Assembly (NCBI GenBank): GCA_002633005.1
Contig: NMRA01000907.1
Span: 32,226 to 96,225 of the forward strand
Length of the DNA: 64,000 bases
Direction of reading: 5' to 3'
DNA from: Phoronis australis
Taxonomy: Eukaryota; Animalia; Phoronida
Below the pieces are notes generated by a model. That model did not search any database. It saw only the letters and a program-made list of their open reading frames with translations, and was not told the DNA's origin. Below are positions 50,695 to 64,000 of the stretch, piece after piece; the first letter of the stretch is position 1; every line of letters starts with the position of its first letter. The position numbers and the translations under genes are program-made.

Positions 50695-53510
50695 TNTTAC
50701 AAGGAAAAAATGGCGGCGTTCAGGACAAGTTCCTGAACTGATGAGCCGGAAATGTGGGTACGGAAATAACCGATGACAACCGGTAATCATACGCTCAGAG
50801 AGAAGGGTCAAATACTGTTAAAAAATCGCTTTTGGCAAGAAAGGCGAAAAGAATATAAAGAAAGGGTGTCGAAAATAAGAATTTATGTAGTAAGTATTTT
50901 CGGATACTAGAACCACATGGGCAGTTTGCAACAAGGACTTTAAAGATACCATGACCAATCTTATCAAAACTGATTGCATTTTTAGTTGTTTTTTTTGGCA
51001 CTCGTTTCGTCCTCTTTTCACGCGCAGGCCGTCTGCATGTTGTGTTTCGACATGGATATAATTTTCTATGTTGTTACTGAAAGTTTGAAACGATCGATTT
51101 TCATAATAATAAATTTAACAGAATCGTACAAGCACTGAGAAATAAAAGAAAAACATAAAAACGCAAGGCAACAAAATAAAAATACAAGTGCAAGACACGG
51201 ATAACATAAAAAGTCAAAGACTCATTTCCATTATGCCGCTAATTTGTCTTATCCAACATTTTGTTTTAGATCATGGTGATAAAAAGTAAAGGTTAAAAGT
51301 GAGGTGTCAAAGAACTCCATATGTAACGGAACGACTACGACAGCTTTTATGACAAGCAACCAAGGAGTAAAAAATAAAACATCTTCAGCATTAGCTTCTT
51401 TTAGATTCTTCATCACAAGCAGCTTATATTACGGTTACTTGGACAAAAATAGAAAAAGACTCACTGATACGTTGAAAATATGACGAGTAGTATTCAAATA
51501 ATGAACAATATCATAACAGTAAAACAGGATCAATCCCTAAAATAATAATAACATATCGTACACCAAAACATTTGTTTGGATGAAAACTATCTAAATAAAA
51601 ACTTCAGTAGTCATTAAAATTTCTCCCTCGTACAAAAAGTCCCGAATACGTCTAATAATAGAAAAGCTCTGGAAATCAGACATTCATTTTTACATTAACA
51701 CTGAAATAAAAACGACTCCTCATGATGAAGATCCAGCAAACGTCATTGTGGTCGTTTAGAGAAATATATATTATTCAGTTGGCAACGTATCATTGACGTT
51801 TAGAAGAGCTTAACTGACCAATCAGAACGCAGTATTCCTGACGCACCTTCGTCTGCGTTTCCAAGCCGCCATGGTACCCGACAAACAACACGTTGTCGGT
51901 AAAGCTTATTTTCGTCTATAGCTCAAGAAATTGTGCGATAAGAATGGTGAAACGGTGTTGAGATGGCGTGTGTAATTCTCACACAGTCGTTATACACCTC
52001 GAGAAGGATATCCCGTCACTTTTTGTGCATTCACTAAGCCGGAAAGTAATGTCGATTGTGCAAATGACGGATCAAACTGTGTGGACGGCCACACGAGCAG
52101 CTAAATATTAACTTGGCAATGTTGCTGGATTACTCGAAGGTTAAACACAAATATATTTGTTCCACATTTCAGTTTGTCTATCTGATTTTGGCTCTGGAGT
52201 TTCACTCGTCTGGGCGCCTTTGTCTCGGCATCTGCTGGACATCCCAGCACTAGTCTTGTCTCCGGAAATTGTTGTTTTTAAGGACACCTTGATTTTTCAT
52301 TCATTTTGACCTGTAATGGACATCGTTTTGTTTCGTAGCAGAGGTACGTTTTCTGTTAACTATATATCCGTAGGCTGGTGTTCAACTGAACTTCTCACCA
52401 AAATTGACAGATTCGATCGGTACAGGGAGGGGCACTAGGTTACTGAATCAAAGCCTCGTTCGAGCTGTTGTCATGAAAAAATAAACAGTTGAATTACTTT
52501 TTTTAGAACCTCTAGTATATACACTACGGCTGTAGAGTTAGGGAGAGTTCATTTTGTAGTTGGTTAAACATGATACTCGGATTTATGAAGCTTTAGAAAA
52601 TAATTTTAGCTATTTTTGTGAATGGCCATTTTTGCCAGTACACCAGGCTTGTCATCTTTTGTAACCATACCACGACTTAGTGATCATGCTACTTAAATGA
52701 AAGCTACCATTATGCAACGAAACAACAAAAAAATGGGAAGTTCATCAGAAGGTTGGCTTTACTTAAATGTCTTTATGATGCATTGAATTACGGCTAATTC
52801 CATGCATTAATTTAACTTAGACACAGCCCTAGACTTAGTGGAGCTAACTGCTTTCCTAGGACAAGACGAAAATGTGCCTGAGCTATGAACCCGATTTCTT
52901 TAATCAAAATATTACGCTCGAAGATTAGAAAAGTATAAACAAGGTTATCGACTCGACCTTACACGGAGAATCCCATCAGTTGCGATCTACACTGAACTTT
53001 TCATTTGGCGGAATTTAGCAGACGGCAGAATAATAAAGATATCGGCGAATCTTCATTTTGTTCGAAATATCCGGAAATATATGAAATCGTACAGATAATT
53101 CGACTTTAAGGTACATACCCAGCTTTACATTAACATATCGCATCAGAGGCCTTGTGTCAGTTTTAAAGTGAATTAAGGTGAATCCCGTGTGGGGTTCTTC
53201 GGATTTTCGCTGGCTCCGAAATACTTTTCCTCGAACACTTAATTCATCATTGTGGCCTTTACAAATTCCCAAATGATGAACGTACGATTCTCAACTGAAA
53301 AGCATCGCATGTTGTTTTTGTCAAAGTGTTTTCGGAAAGTGCAAAATACACTCATCAATTCCACCAGGAACGTGATTTAGCGACAGTGTATTTGCCTTTG
53401 ACATCTTGTTCGTTTGTTGGGTGTCACGTGACTTTTCGTAAAGGGGCGGAGCTTGCGATAGGTCAATTCTCGTTAAATGGCACACTTCAGAGTGTTGCAA
53501 AGAGTTCGAC

Positions 53511-56493
53511 CAAGGAGTGTAGTAGTATAGGAGAGTTCACTTGTGAGTTCGCTGTTACCGCTACTACTAGCGCCGCCAAGTGATGAACAAGCAACAGTCA
53601 ACCAGGAAGCGCCAAAACAATGGGGAAGGACGCATTATGCAGTGCGATAAATTGCACTAATTCATCCACGACAACCCCAGACGTGTCGTTTTTTAGGTTT
53701 TCTAAGTATCCGGAAAGGTAAGTATTATATGTTATTCAATAATATAATACATTGTCTTTCAGTTTGTGTGTTCTGTTCACAGTTGCAAGTCGATCGCACG
53801 TCCCGGTGCCACTGTCTGTTGTATGCAGTGTAGGCTAGGCCTACTGGTCAGCCGGCGGAAGGACTACTGATTAATGTGATCGTCAGCTTTTTGGATACTT
53901 GCAGTCCATGTATTCCAAATCAAAATGTCACTCTAACGATCGCAGGGATAATTTTAGGAAAGCATAGCCATGGCCATGGGTGAATATGAATCATCGGGGT
54001 GACACGGCCATGGCACAATCACAGCCACAGGGACTCAAGTTTTCATTAGTCAAGTTAGAGACATAACGTAGGATTGTCGTGAGGACTTGACAGGTCGCCT
54101 CATGGGTCTCACGCTCCACTGATTTATATACACTAGCTTGAAAAGGCTTTGCCCAGTTACACATTTTGTGTCATAAAACTGAGAGATAATCATACCTGCA
54201 GCTAATGCAGCTAGTAGAACTTGTCTCGTTTATCACATTGGTGTAGGCTCACAGAAGAACTGTGATTTTCTGTTGAGCCCAGACCGTCCGGAGTTGCACC
54301 ATATACCAACTCCGGACGGTCTCTCACGACGATTTAGCGTTATGGAATCTGTGGGTCTCGGTGAAAAGTTGTGCGGCCCCTTAAAATATCCGTGGATCGA
54401 CATTTGAGTCCTAGTTTTTTTTAGTTGACGCCAAGACGCTTTTGTCTCTATCACAATCACAGTATGACAGGACTTCTGTAGTGTAGTGTAGTTTAGTGTA
54501 GGCTACCAGTCTTCTGTGAACCTGGTGAGTATGAGGTTTGTTCCTGAGTCTCTCATTGGTTTCTGTTCAGGTGCAAGCACTGGGAGCCGACCTTATGAAT
54601 AGAGTGCATCCTACTTGTCCAAGAACTGCAACTTATGCTCTCATCACTTCGAGGAGTCCATGTTGATGAATGAAGAACAAGCTGGTATTGAATGCAGTGC
54701 CCGAGCAGTATTTGATGTCCCCAGTCCACCAAAAATGAAGACGTCAAAAAGTTCTACGGAAATTATGTTACAGCTGTGGAATAGGCTTTTTGCATTTCTG
54801 ATTATCGTCTCACAAAGCAAGTACTGGAACATCACGTGTAGAAAGGACAATTAGTCAAAATCTGGTTTTCGTATTTTACTAAGGTTGATCAGATTGAAAC
54901 AGTTTATGAATGGTTAGCCTGTGATTTGAAGAGAGCCAAAGTGAAACTGATGGGTCTTTTAGAGTCTGAATGGTGGGCTGACATTTTGTTAAACCCAAGC
55001 TATCCATATCATTTTGCTTCTCAATGACACTGAAACACCTCTGTGAGTAAATTAGTTATCAGCTTCAATGCATTTCGTTGGCAAAAAGAGCTGTTGTTTA
55101 CTAGTGAATAGAGAGTGAGAAGGTTGGTTAGATTTTCTTGTTGTATTGGTGTATGTGTTGCCTATTTTGTACGTTTTTGGAGATTGTGATTAATTTAAGC
55201 TCCAGTTGTGGCTAAGTAACAAATATGATCTTGTGGTCTAGCTTTAGCTTACCTGAAATATTTACTGTTATTGATAATATGAACAGTGGGTATAGAAAAT
55301 AAAAATTTTAGTTTTATCATCCATTAAAAGTCTTTTTAATTCAGTTTTGTATGAAGTTGTGTGGCTAGTGAATATTTTGATTGCTGTTCAGCACCTCTTA
55401 ACTTTTTTGTCATGACATTTTGAGCTTGGACTGGTTATGGTGGGGATATACTCAATGTGGGGGGGGCTCGAATTCCCGACGATGTAGACCTTTTGCTAAC
55501 AAGTGAGTGGGCGGACTAAAAAAAAAAAAACGGGGACCACCACTGTGAATTGCGCGTTTCCGTTTCTTTAGTGGACTTTTGTCCCATTTTCTCGGACTTT
55601 TTGTCTCGTTCAAGCCCCCCGAGCCCCCTGGGTGCGCGCGTGGGAGAGTGCAATCGAGTTTACCCTATGCTGGAATGTCCAAGAAATAATGGGATGTTCT
55701 AAAATTATATTACGATTTTGTGGTAGTGATGAATTGCTTTCTTCTTCTTACATGTGTAACACCCACTACACCAAACAATTATTCACATTGTTAGTATCCT
55801 GGTGCATTGAATAAGGAACACATGCGAAATTGGGTGGAGGTGAAACCAGCAGTGAGCTGGGAGCAACATGTTTGTCAATGGTCAGGGGAGCAACCAAAAT
55901 TTATGACAATGGGAATGGCTCAACACCCATGTGGCATACCCCATTGGTTTTTACCTGTTTAGCACTCCTCCCATGTAACCCCCCTGGGAGATGGTCAACA
56001 CCCATTTGGTGCCCACATGGTTTTTGCCTTGTACCCCCTTAGCTGTCACCTGTGGGGAATTACCCTCTGGAGCACCAGGAGCAATCATTCAAATTTTATT
56101 GTCCATGGAGGTATGAACTGTTATAAGGAAAGATAATTTGCCTTGTTAAGAACTCAAACATGAAACAAAACCATGACGGATTTTGAATGGAGCTTCACTG
56201 AAGAGATTAAAAACAAATACACTTTAATATTGATTAAAATACACATTTTCATTCTCATTCGATTATAAGTGGATGTTAGTTTACGTATTCTAACCATTTT
56301 CAATCACACAGTAATTTTATTGCACGTTGAACGTCATTAAAGTCTGAATTCATCAGTGTTTACATTGTTCGGACTGCGCTCCTAAGTAAGTATTGATTAT
56401 TCACCGCTTGGAGCGCTAGTGTTTCGACCGGTAACCATTGGCGGCGAATGGTAAAATGTCGGAGTGAACTCTCCTATACTCGTACACTCCTTG
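53511..56493 (+). mobile_element. P-element-like non-autonomous transposon with THAP remnant
   Basis: 31-bp TIRs caaggagtgtagtagtataggagagttcact and agtgaactctcctatactcgtacactccttg (2 mismatches); 7-bp TSD gttcgac on both sides; split THAP domain inside. Confidence 0.88.
53620..54735 (+). pseudogene. Two-exon THAP zinc-finger remnant (53620-53717, 54571 to about 54735)
   Basis: MGKDALCSAINCTN...SFFRFSKYPER/GTaag; cAG/CKHW...LCSHHFEESM...AVP..VFDVPSPP; exon 2 is frameshifted. Confidence 0.8.
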
Positions 56494-57399
56494 GTTCGAC
56501 TGTTCAAGCCCTAATTCTCATACGTAAAAATAGATGGCGCTGCCTACATACGAAGGCGCGTGAAAACTGTGCTGCTGAAATTTCTGCTATAAAATATCAC
56601 TTGTGCTGAAGACGGTTACTTCAAATGACGTCAGTTAAAGGAGGAGTGGATAGAGATTCCGTAGGTGATAAAACTGGGTGAGTTCATGTTTCAAAGTAGT
56701 TAACATAGAACATTCACTTGTCCTCAAGCGGCGAACGACCGTTGCGCAATTATGACGGACATTAAACCTATCCGCAGTGTATTACGTAACTGTCACAACC
56801 GTCAAAATAGTGTGTCAATTTTTGGCACCTGGGACACTTAAGCCCACAAGTTAATCGCCAGACCCAGTCTTTTGTCCGATGTCACGACGCAAATGCCAAT
56901 TATCTACCCCTCTGAATGAATACATTAATGTAAACCCTTAACATTATTATTAACGACGTCACCAACATATCGGTCTTAAGTTATCTGTTGCTAGAACAAC
57001 TTTCGAAAATTTAGGTGAATTTATCCCACCATGCTCGTCTAAACTAATCAAGCTAAAGACAAACCTTGGTTTAACAACAACGTCAAATGACAGATAATAA
57101 GCAAAACAAATCGATAACTTCAAAAATATAGCATATGCCATCTGAATACGAACAGTCCAGATCAATTGAAAAATGCCCAAGAGTCCGTTGCAAAAGTCGG
57201 ACGTTTGCTAGAAAACAATGATGTACATGTACATGTAAACTACAGCCTGAAAATGAAGGTACCGACCATGTAACAAATAAAGTAATTCAATTACATCTGT
57301 AAATATAAAAGATATCTCTCCTACAACTACTCATTTATTCAACAAAATTTTACTAACAATTTGAAAAATGGATTTCATATTTTATAATTAATTTCTAGA

Positions 57400-58500
57400 T
57401 GTGACATGCGCGTTTAACATGGTTCCACATGACCACGATGAACTCCTCATGCACAAAATTCTCTCTTATGGAATATCGATCACTCTGCACACACTCTTCA
57501 CTTTATATTCCTCCAATTGCGTAGTACCACGGGTTTGTCAACGTAGAGTTAAGCAAGCTAATGTAGTGTCTAGGGGCCTCTTTTGTTTCTGTTCTACATC
57601 ACACTCCTTCAGACATTAGCTCGAAAACCTTCATCTATATGCTGATGAAACAGCCATATTTTATTCTAGGTACCCAAATTACACACGGACCCATTTTTAA
57701 ATGAACTTAATGGTGAAATTTTTCTCCAAAAACATTCTCACTGACATCTAGGAATTACAATACACTATGAACTTTCGTTTTTACCATTCTGTGAGCAAAA
57801 CGAAATAAATTTTGACCAATTTATGGAAAATTGAATCTAGTCTTAAATGTTCGTTGCTCTTTGAATGCATATGTTATTTAGTACTCAGCCGTTTAGACTT
57901 TGGAGACATAATTTTCCAAACAGATGGTGCTGGACGTTTGGTTCAGCTGGACAGAGTGCAATATCAGGCTGCTATAACCAATACTGGTGTCATAAAAAGT
58001 TCGAACACAATAAAAAATCTCAATTGGTCCAAACTGTTAATGCCATGAAAACTTCATTGAATTGTTTAAACACATCAAGCTCTAAACAAAGTAAATAATA
58101 TATTCAATAAAAAAACTTTCGAAAATGACAAAGTGCGAAACACTACATTAGGTCGACGTGCGATGATATCTGTCTTAGTTCAACCGTGTCACAGTCGAGT
58201 CATTCTTAAATCCACAATAATCTTTTGCATAAATACGTGGGACACCCTTCCTACAGACATTTTAAATAGCAATTCTGTATTGTTACTGTGTTGAATTTTC
58301 ATCATTACTTTTAGCAAAAAATTAATATTATTTCTCGATCTACATTCAGTCATATACACCGTGCAAAAGGATTTTTTCTGAAGAGATTTTTATCAAGATT
58401 ATTGTTTTCAGAATTTGTCTCCTTTACACGAATGTGGATCTGCCCAAGTTGGTCTGTTTCTAATTGTTTATATTGTCATTGATCGTTTCGTGGTCCGTTG
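57400..58500 (+). mobile_element. Highly decayed CR1-type LINE RT/3' fragment
   Basis: HKILSYGIS, LHLYADET, SRLDFGDIIF, LDRVQYQAAI..TG remnants. Confidence 0.65.
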
Positions 58501-60924
58501 TCCGAATCCTAGAGGCTGTCGAAGATACATGCATGAAAGGCAAAATAATAGCATTCCATTTTTGTTTCTAACATTGGATCTGCTCATAACTATCCAATGA
58601 CGTCAGTGAGTGAAGTTGCCAATTTCCTCCCTAGCTGCATGGCTTCATACAAAAGTACAATATGTCTGCTACTCATATCACTCCGTCATAGTTTGACTGT
58701 AGTTTTTTACCAACATATTTGTGTTTACTAATGATATAAATTACAAAATCTACTTGAATATTGATAACATGGGTAGCTAAATGTGTACATATCATTATTA
58801 CTGTTTTACACTGTTTCTATGATAATTCATTTCTTCACTGTTTACCTGTTCCTCAGGTATGTTGTAAATGGGTATCTTATGTAATTACCTAATCTCATGA
58901 AATAAAAATAGTTTACCTTGTCGAACATATTTCTTTAGACTGTGTGTAAGAGGGGAGATGTCAAAAATATGTGGTGACAATGAAACGGTACAATCACTTT
59001 TACTATATACAAACATGTTGAACATTAACCTCGCTATCAATATTACAGTTCACGACTACACCACTTCTACTTTGGCTGGTCGTTGATAAAAAAGAGGAGT
59101 AACACAATCAAGATAACTACAAAACACGACGAGTAATATCAAAATAAGGTGAAAATACAAGGATAGAGTAATAGCATCAATCGGTAAAACAATAATAGAA
59201 TACTGTAGTGTAAAGCATTTTTTAAAACAACCTAAATATAATCTTTAAAACCTCATTGTTCATTATAAAATTATAACTCATGCAAAATCAAATGACTACG
59301 ACTTGATTTTTGAGTCCGCAATTTCAAAAACTCTAAAACCTCGGAAACCACAAAATAACAACTTGAATGGCCAATTAAACTAAACTTCGAACACTTGCCG
59401 CTAACTACAGTACGCATTGGGGGAATAACACCATAGATTCTTGTCTGTGCTCTTGGAAAAACAACGTTTAATGTTGTGCTTTTGTAGTCGTACATTCACT
59501 CAAAAGTCAACTGATATAAATTACCAGCCTCAATTGTTTCGCAATCCAACTCAAACAGGGTGAGAGCTCAACAGGAGGTGTGACCGAGACTATCAAATGG
59601 AACACTTTTTGCCTTTGGTAAACCGTCCGGATCAATTAAAGCGGCACTAAGCCCTTGCATCAAGTCAAAAACAAGTTTTGATTTAGGACACTTACTATTA
59701 CTTACTTAGTTGACTGCAGACCTGTATCATTTATGCTATATTTTGCCAAAAGTAGGTGGAGGGAGTTGTGTTTCTGTCCAGTCCTCACTTAGTAAAAGTA
59801 CCCCACGCGTTGCGATATACATGTAACTGTGAGCCAAAATCCGACGTTTAGAAATCCAACCTTTTTGGAACTAAATCGTTATGTTTTAAAATTTCGATTT
59901 AGGGTTTAATTAGACTTTGTATTTAATCAAAAAGCAACATAAGTTTTTTTCAATAGAACATCTATGAATTCGTTTTCTCTGCATGCGCAAATTTCACAAA
60001 AGCGATCAGATTAAGAAATGCAGTTTTTATCTCAATACTGCCGTAATTCAAGAAATACATATGAGGGTCACTTACGTCAAACCCAACAACAAAGGAATGT
60101 GTTAGACTTGGACATTTTTTGTGGTTGTAATTAACAGGCAACGAATCGATGAAATTGACTAATCTTATATGCCATGACAATGCAATGGTTAACATTTTAG
60201 ATTATTCAACAAAAAGTCATTTAATAACGGTTTCACAGAAACGTTTGTTTCCAAATTCGCTTCGGATTAGCGGTGTGTTCATTTGTGCATACTTACTGCG
60301 TAGAGTTGTTGGTTGACGTCCCAACCGACGTTTATAAAGCGCCGTACAATTGCACAATGGTTATGAACCACGGCTTCTGTAACCTGAACATAAGAACAAT
60401 TAAATATGGATTACACAGGTACATCACACACTGTAAATATACTATCAATATAGGGTCATACAACTGTTCCATATTTGCTAGTGCTCCCAACATTATTTCA
60501 ACATTCCCGCAATCACGAAATTATCTTGTGCAGATCTAGATGAGGATTGTTCCGTAAAAAGTGACAATTTCGACGCATTTCAAGGACACTACATTATTTT
60601 GCGGCAGTGAAATTTCCAGTCAGTTTACTCATACATTTTTTCACTGCCCACTCAGTAAGCAGAGCTTTCCTAGACACTCGAACAATACCCAGATATTCAC
60701 AACGCTCTTCCCGAATTTCCTAAAGTTTTTGATGATCTTCAAGTCTTTTCTTAAAAAGTACAACAAATTTAATTCCACTAATAACGTGGCTCTATTCGAA
60801 AACGTTATTTAGTTTCAGTTTCATATTGGGGTCATTTATTACTTAAAATGGCACAGCTTAGTTCGTAATTCATAAAATACCTTATTTGTACTCCATATCT
60901 GAAGAACATGCAATCACTCCTCAT

Positions 60925-61580
60925 CATTATAGCATTTCGTGAATGCCTCAAGACCTCTGATATCTATTAAACATTACGTCAACGTATACCAACGTGGTAC
61001 TCCATTGTCCTGGCGAAACAAGGACTCCTGAACGAAACAATGGGTCGGCTATTTTTACTGTTACTTATAAACAGATCTTTTTGCGAAAACTACGCTTTAA
61101 AATAATGTGTTTTTTTTTTTGTTCGCACGATACAGGTCGCAATTTTCGTCCGATCATCACGAAATTTACACATAACACGTATTTCTGGAAGTACAGGAAG
61201 CCTATCGTTTTTCGTCAAAATCAGATCCAAGAGGGCGGCTGTGGCGGCCATTTTGTTTTCATTTAAAAGTTCAAATGCTTCTGGAGGCTACATTTTTTAC
61301 GTAAAAGGCTAAAAATCGGCACAGTAAATGAACTGGAAGTTTTCTACGAGTATACTGGAAATTGTTTACTTCCGGTTAAAGATGGCGGAAGTATTGGCGA
61401 TCGCGCATGCGCACCTCGATTTTGGCCTAAAGGCAGGAATTCCGCGAACCCCGTTTTTATAATAAAAGGTCCACATTCCCAACAAATCGAGCCCCCTATA
61501 TTTTAGGCTGGGTGCGCGCATGTCAGGGATATAACCTCTCTGGTTCATTCCCTTTACATATTGCACGCTATTATTTTTCG
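60925..61580 (+). mobile_element. Probable non-autonomous Helentron-like interspersed repeat
   Basis: aattttcgtccgatcatcacgaaattt, ggcggccattttg and acttccggtt motifs; ends approximate. Confidence 0.35.
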
Positions 61581-63228
61581 TCTTTTGGTAGCACTCTCGG
61601 TTTTTAAAATTGGAAATATTTTTAAACCAGTCAGGTATTCGGAATGAAAATTAAAATAATTTATCTATTGACTCAGGCATAATCATCAAGAACTGGCAAA
61701 TTACTTTCAAATGTTTCGGGTCTCATGCAATTCGGTTGAAAAACGGCGGAGTTGGGAAAAGTGACAGTGAATTCCATAGCAAACACACACGCCGGAACAA
61801 ACAAATACAAACAACTATCGCGTACGTTCGGCCTAACTTCAGCGGCCGCGAGATTAAAGCTGACATTCCACTGCAAGAGTATGCTTCAGGCTTATTCTCG
61901 TAATACCGTAGTGTTGTGAATTACAAAATTGTCTTTTGTATATCGTTCCTTGAACGAGTATGTTATAAAAATCAACAATACGATAATTACTGAAGTGAAC
62001 GAACACAAAAACGTAAGTAGCAACGCCTTTTATTAGAAAAAGCTAACCCGAGACCGAAAAAAACTGGGTTCCTTCAAATTTCAAACATCTACACAAATTT
62101 TATATTGCTAAACTGTTACAAAAGGTGAACTGCTTAATCGAGCTGTCTTGAGGATAAAAACTCAGTTCTCAATGAGTACAAAAGACTAGGCTCCAAAAGG
62201 TGAGACCTTTTCATGGAAGCCGCTGCCCTGTAAATCCAACCCTTTTCGTGTCCAAACTTAGAATGAGTGGATATCTAATTTTTTCCACCCGAATCATACA
62301 TTGTCAGTCTATCACCCGGCCTCTCTCAATACGTGACCGATGAACAAACGGGTGAAAGAAATCGAGGAACCAGTCTGATCGAATCTGTACGGGTTTTAGA
62401 ATTAATGTATGTACTACCGTATACGGGTAGTAGATTAATTTTGCTACTGAACTCCCGATATTTCGAGATTTTGATGACGTCAAAAATGTGACGTGCAAGT
62501 AGCGGTACATCGATTGCATTACATTAAAAAAACTTCAACACTCTCCGAGCTCTAACGTAATAGTAGAGACATGTAGCCTGTGCAACTACTTCGTACAATA
62601 TGAACCTGATGCATTTGAACCAGTGACCCCTCAATGGATAACGTTCTTTGCACGCTGTATCTTGTAAAAGAAAACAGTTTATCTTATCGACCCAGTACAG
62701 TTGCCATGGACTGACCGTGTGTGAGTCTATGATTCACAATGCTTTTCTTGGCTTCGACAAAAGGTGTTCGGTGACTAATGAAGTTGACCTTAGGGACAAA
62801 ACAGACACCTTTTTCTTTTTTACTATACATACTGTTTCAATACACAGCAATCTAGATTACACTGCCTCGTGTACGTTTTTTGTAAATACTCCTTGCAACT
62901 TTGTTATCAATTTAATATTCTGCTTACACCAACTAACCGTTGGCAAATGGTTGCATTTATATGAATGTACAAGTTTAAATATAGGTGTACACGGTATGTA
63001 TGTGTGTATGTATGCATGTGCTTGCCTAAACCAATCAATGCAGTCTTGTCTACAACATGCATGTACCAGGTGAAAGTGAAAACAGTGACGGCACTAGTCT
63101 TCTCAGAATTTTGAGCGTAGATCTGTAGGAGTTAGCTCTCCACTACCGCGACATGGACATAGTCCTCAAAATTTTCTTATTCTCTTAGGTAGAGTTTTTA
63201 GAATGAGAAGACTTCTCCAGCCTGACAG

Positions 63229-64000
63229 TAGGGGAGAGTGGGGCAAAACGGCCCACCGAGTAAGACGGCCACTTTCTTAGTTTTCTAGCTTAACAAGGCT
63301 GGCGCAAGGTGGCTACTACACCGTTTTATTGCTAGACCGATAGGGGTCGTAACCACATATTGGCCAAATCTAGCAGAACTGCAGACGACATTTAGTCGGT
63401 GGGCCAAATCTCATAGCGTTCACCCTTGTGAGTACTTTGGGGGTGCAACCTAGTTTTTTCTATGTGGCTAGATAATATAACTAAAAATCAAATTCCAAAA
63501 AGTTCCCACGTCTACACTTGCACATTTTTTTTAAAAAAAGGTGTTTTTGTTGCACAAAATATGATGCATATTCCTGCCACTTGATGGCGCTTTTCTAGTG
63601 AATTGACCAATCAGAGAGCCAGATTGTATGGTTGTGCTTAGTTACTTCAATATGGCTGCTCCCATGGAATGTGATGTCTGTATAATTCAAGGTTTATCAA
63701 ACAGCACAAAATTGTGATGTCAGAGCCTAAAGATGCTTAGGAAAGCTTCCTGACGAAAGCTGATTGACTGTGGAACTCTGTAGATCAGTAGATCAAAAAG
63801 AAGAAGAGGTGTCACAAACGTTTGTGCAGAAAAAAGCTGCATGTCCTGGTAGCCTACACAGTATACTGCTGAGTGCTATAGACTAAAATACCAAGTGTCA
63901 GACCAGAAAATTGAAAGGACATAGAACGGCATAGCAACGTTTCAAGGCACCAACAGTAGTACTAAAGCTGAAGTTGCTGAAAGTGATACAGATGTTATCC
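63229..64000 (+). mobile_element. Probable left end of a pogo/Tc1-like DNA transposon
   Basis: TA-ggggagagtggggcaaaacggccc terminal motif with a tandem subterminal repeat; the other end is not in the window. Confidence 0.4.

Noticed and set aside
51848-51873. Alternative start exon accATGGCG...AG/GTgcgt (MAAWKRRR)
   Set aside because: Its phase 2 donor does not fit the phase 0 ankyrin exon, and I found no bridging exon
1-64000. Frequent tacatgta motif; search for prokaryotic operons, CRISPR arrays, tRNA and rRNA
   Set aside because: The motif is scattered without local structure and looks like a genome-wide bias; no prokaryotic or structural RNA genes were recognised

Overview
Eukaryotic, AT-rich, intron-containing and TE-rich DNA, most likely from a marine invertebrate (inference). 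About half of the window is decayed mobile DNA: L1/Tx1, L2/CR1, RTE-X-like and HERO-like LINE fragments, two Penelope elements with hammerhead-type motifs, a P-element-like THAP transposon with TIRs and a 7-bp TSD, and Kolobok-, Helitron- and MITE-like elements. Three host genes are visible. Two are convergent class A GPCR paralogues with intronless CDS (melatonin-receptor-like, 18.6 kb + and 29.7 kb -). The third is a minus-strand gene of at least 13 exons (34870-49694) that the ORF track shows only in fragments. I assembled it by hand from GT/AG sites and intron phases into about 664 aa: eight 99-nt single-ankyrin-repeat exons, an ankyrin cap, a linker and an intact FAM111-like trypsin-fold serine protease. 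Six of the ankyrin exons lie in a recent tandem array of about 626-bp units. Their differences are almost all non-synonymous and cluster at the ankyrin ligand-binding positions. This is the best candidate for an undescribed system: a diversifying ankyrin sensor fused to a protease effector. No database searches were run; family assignments come from motif recognition.
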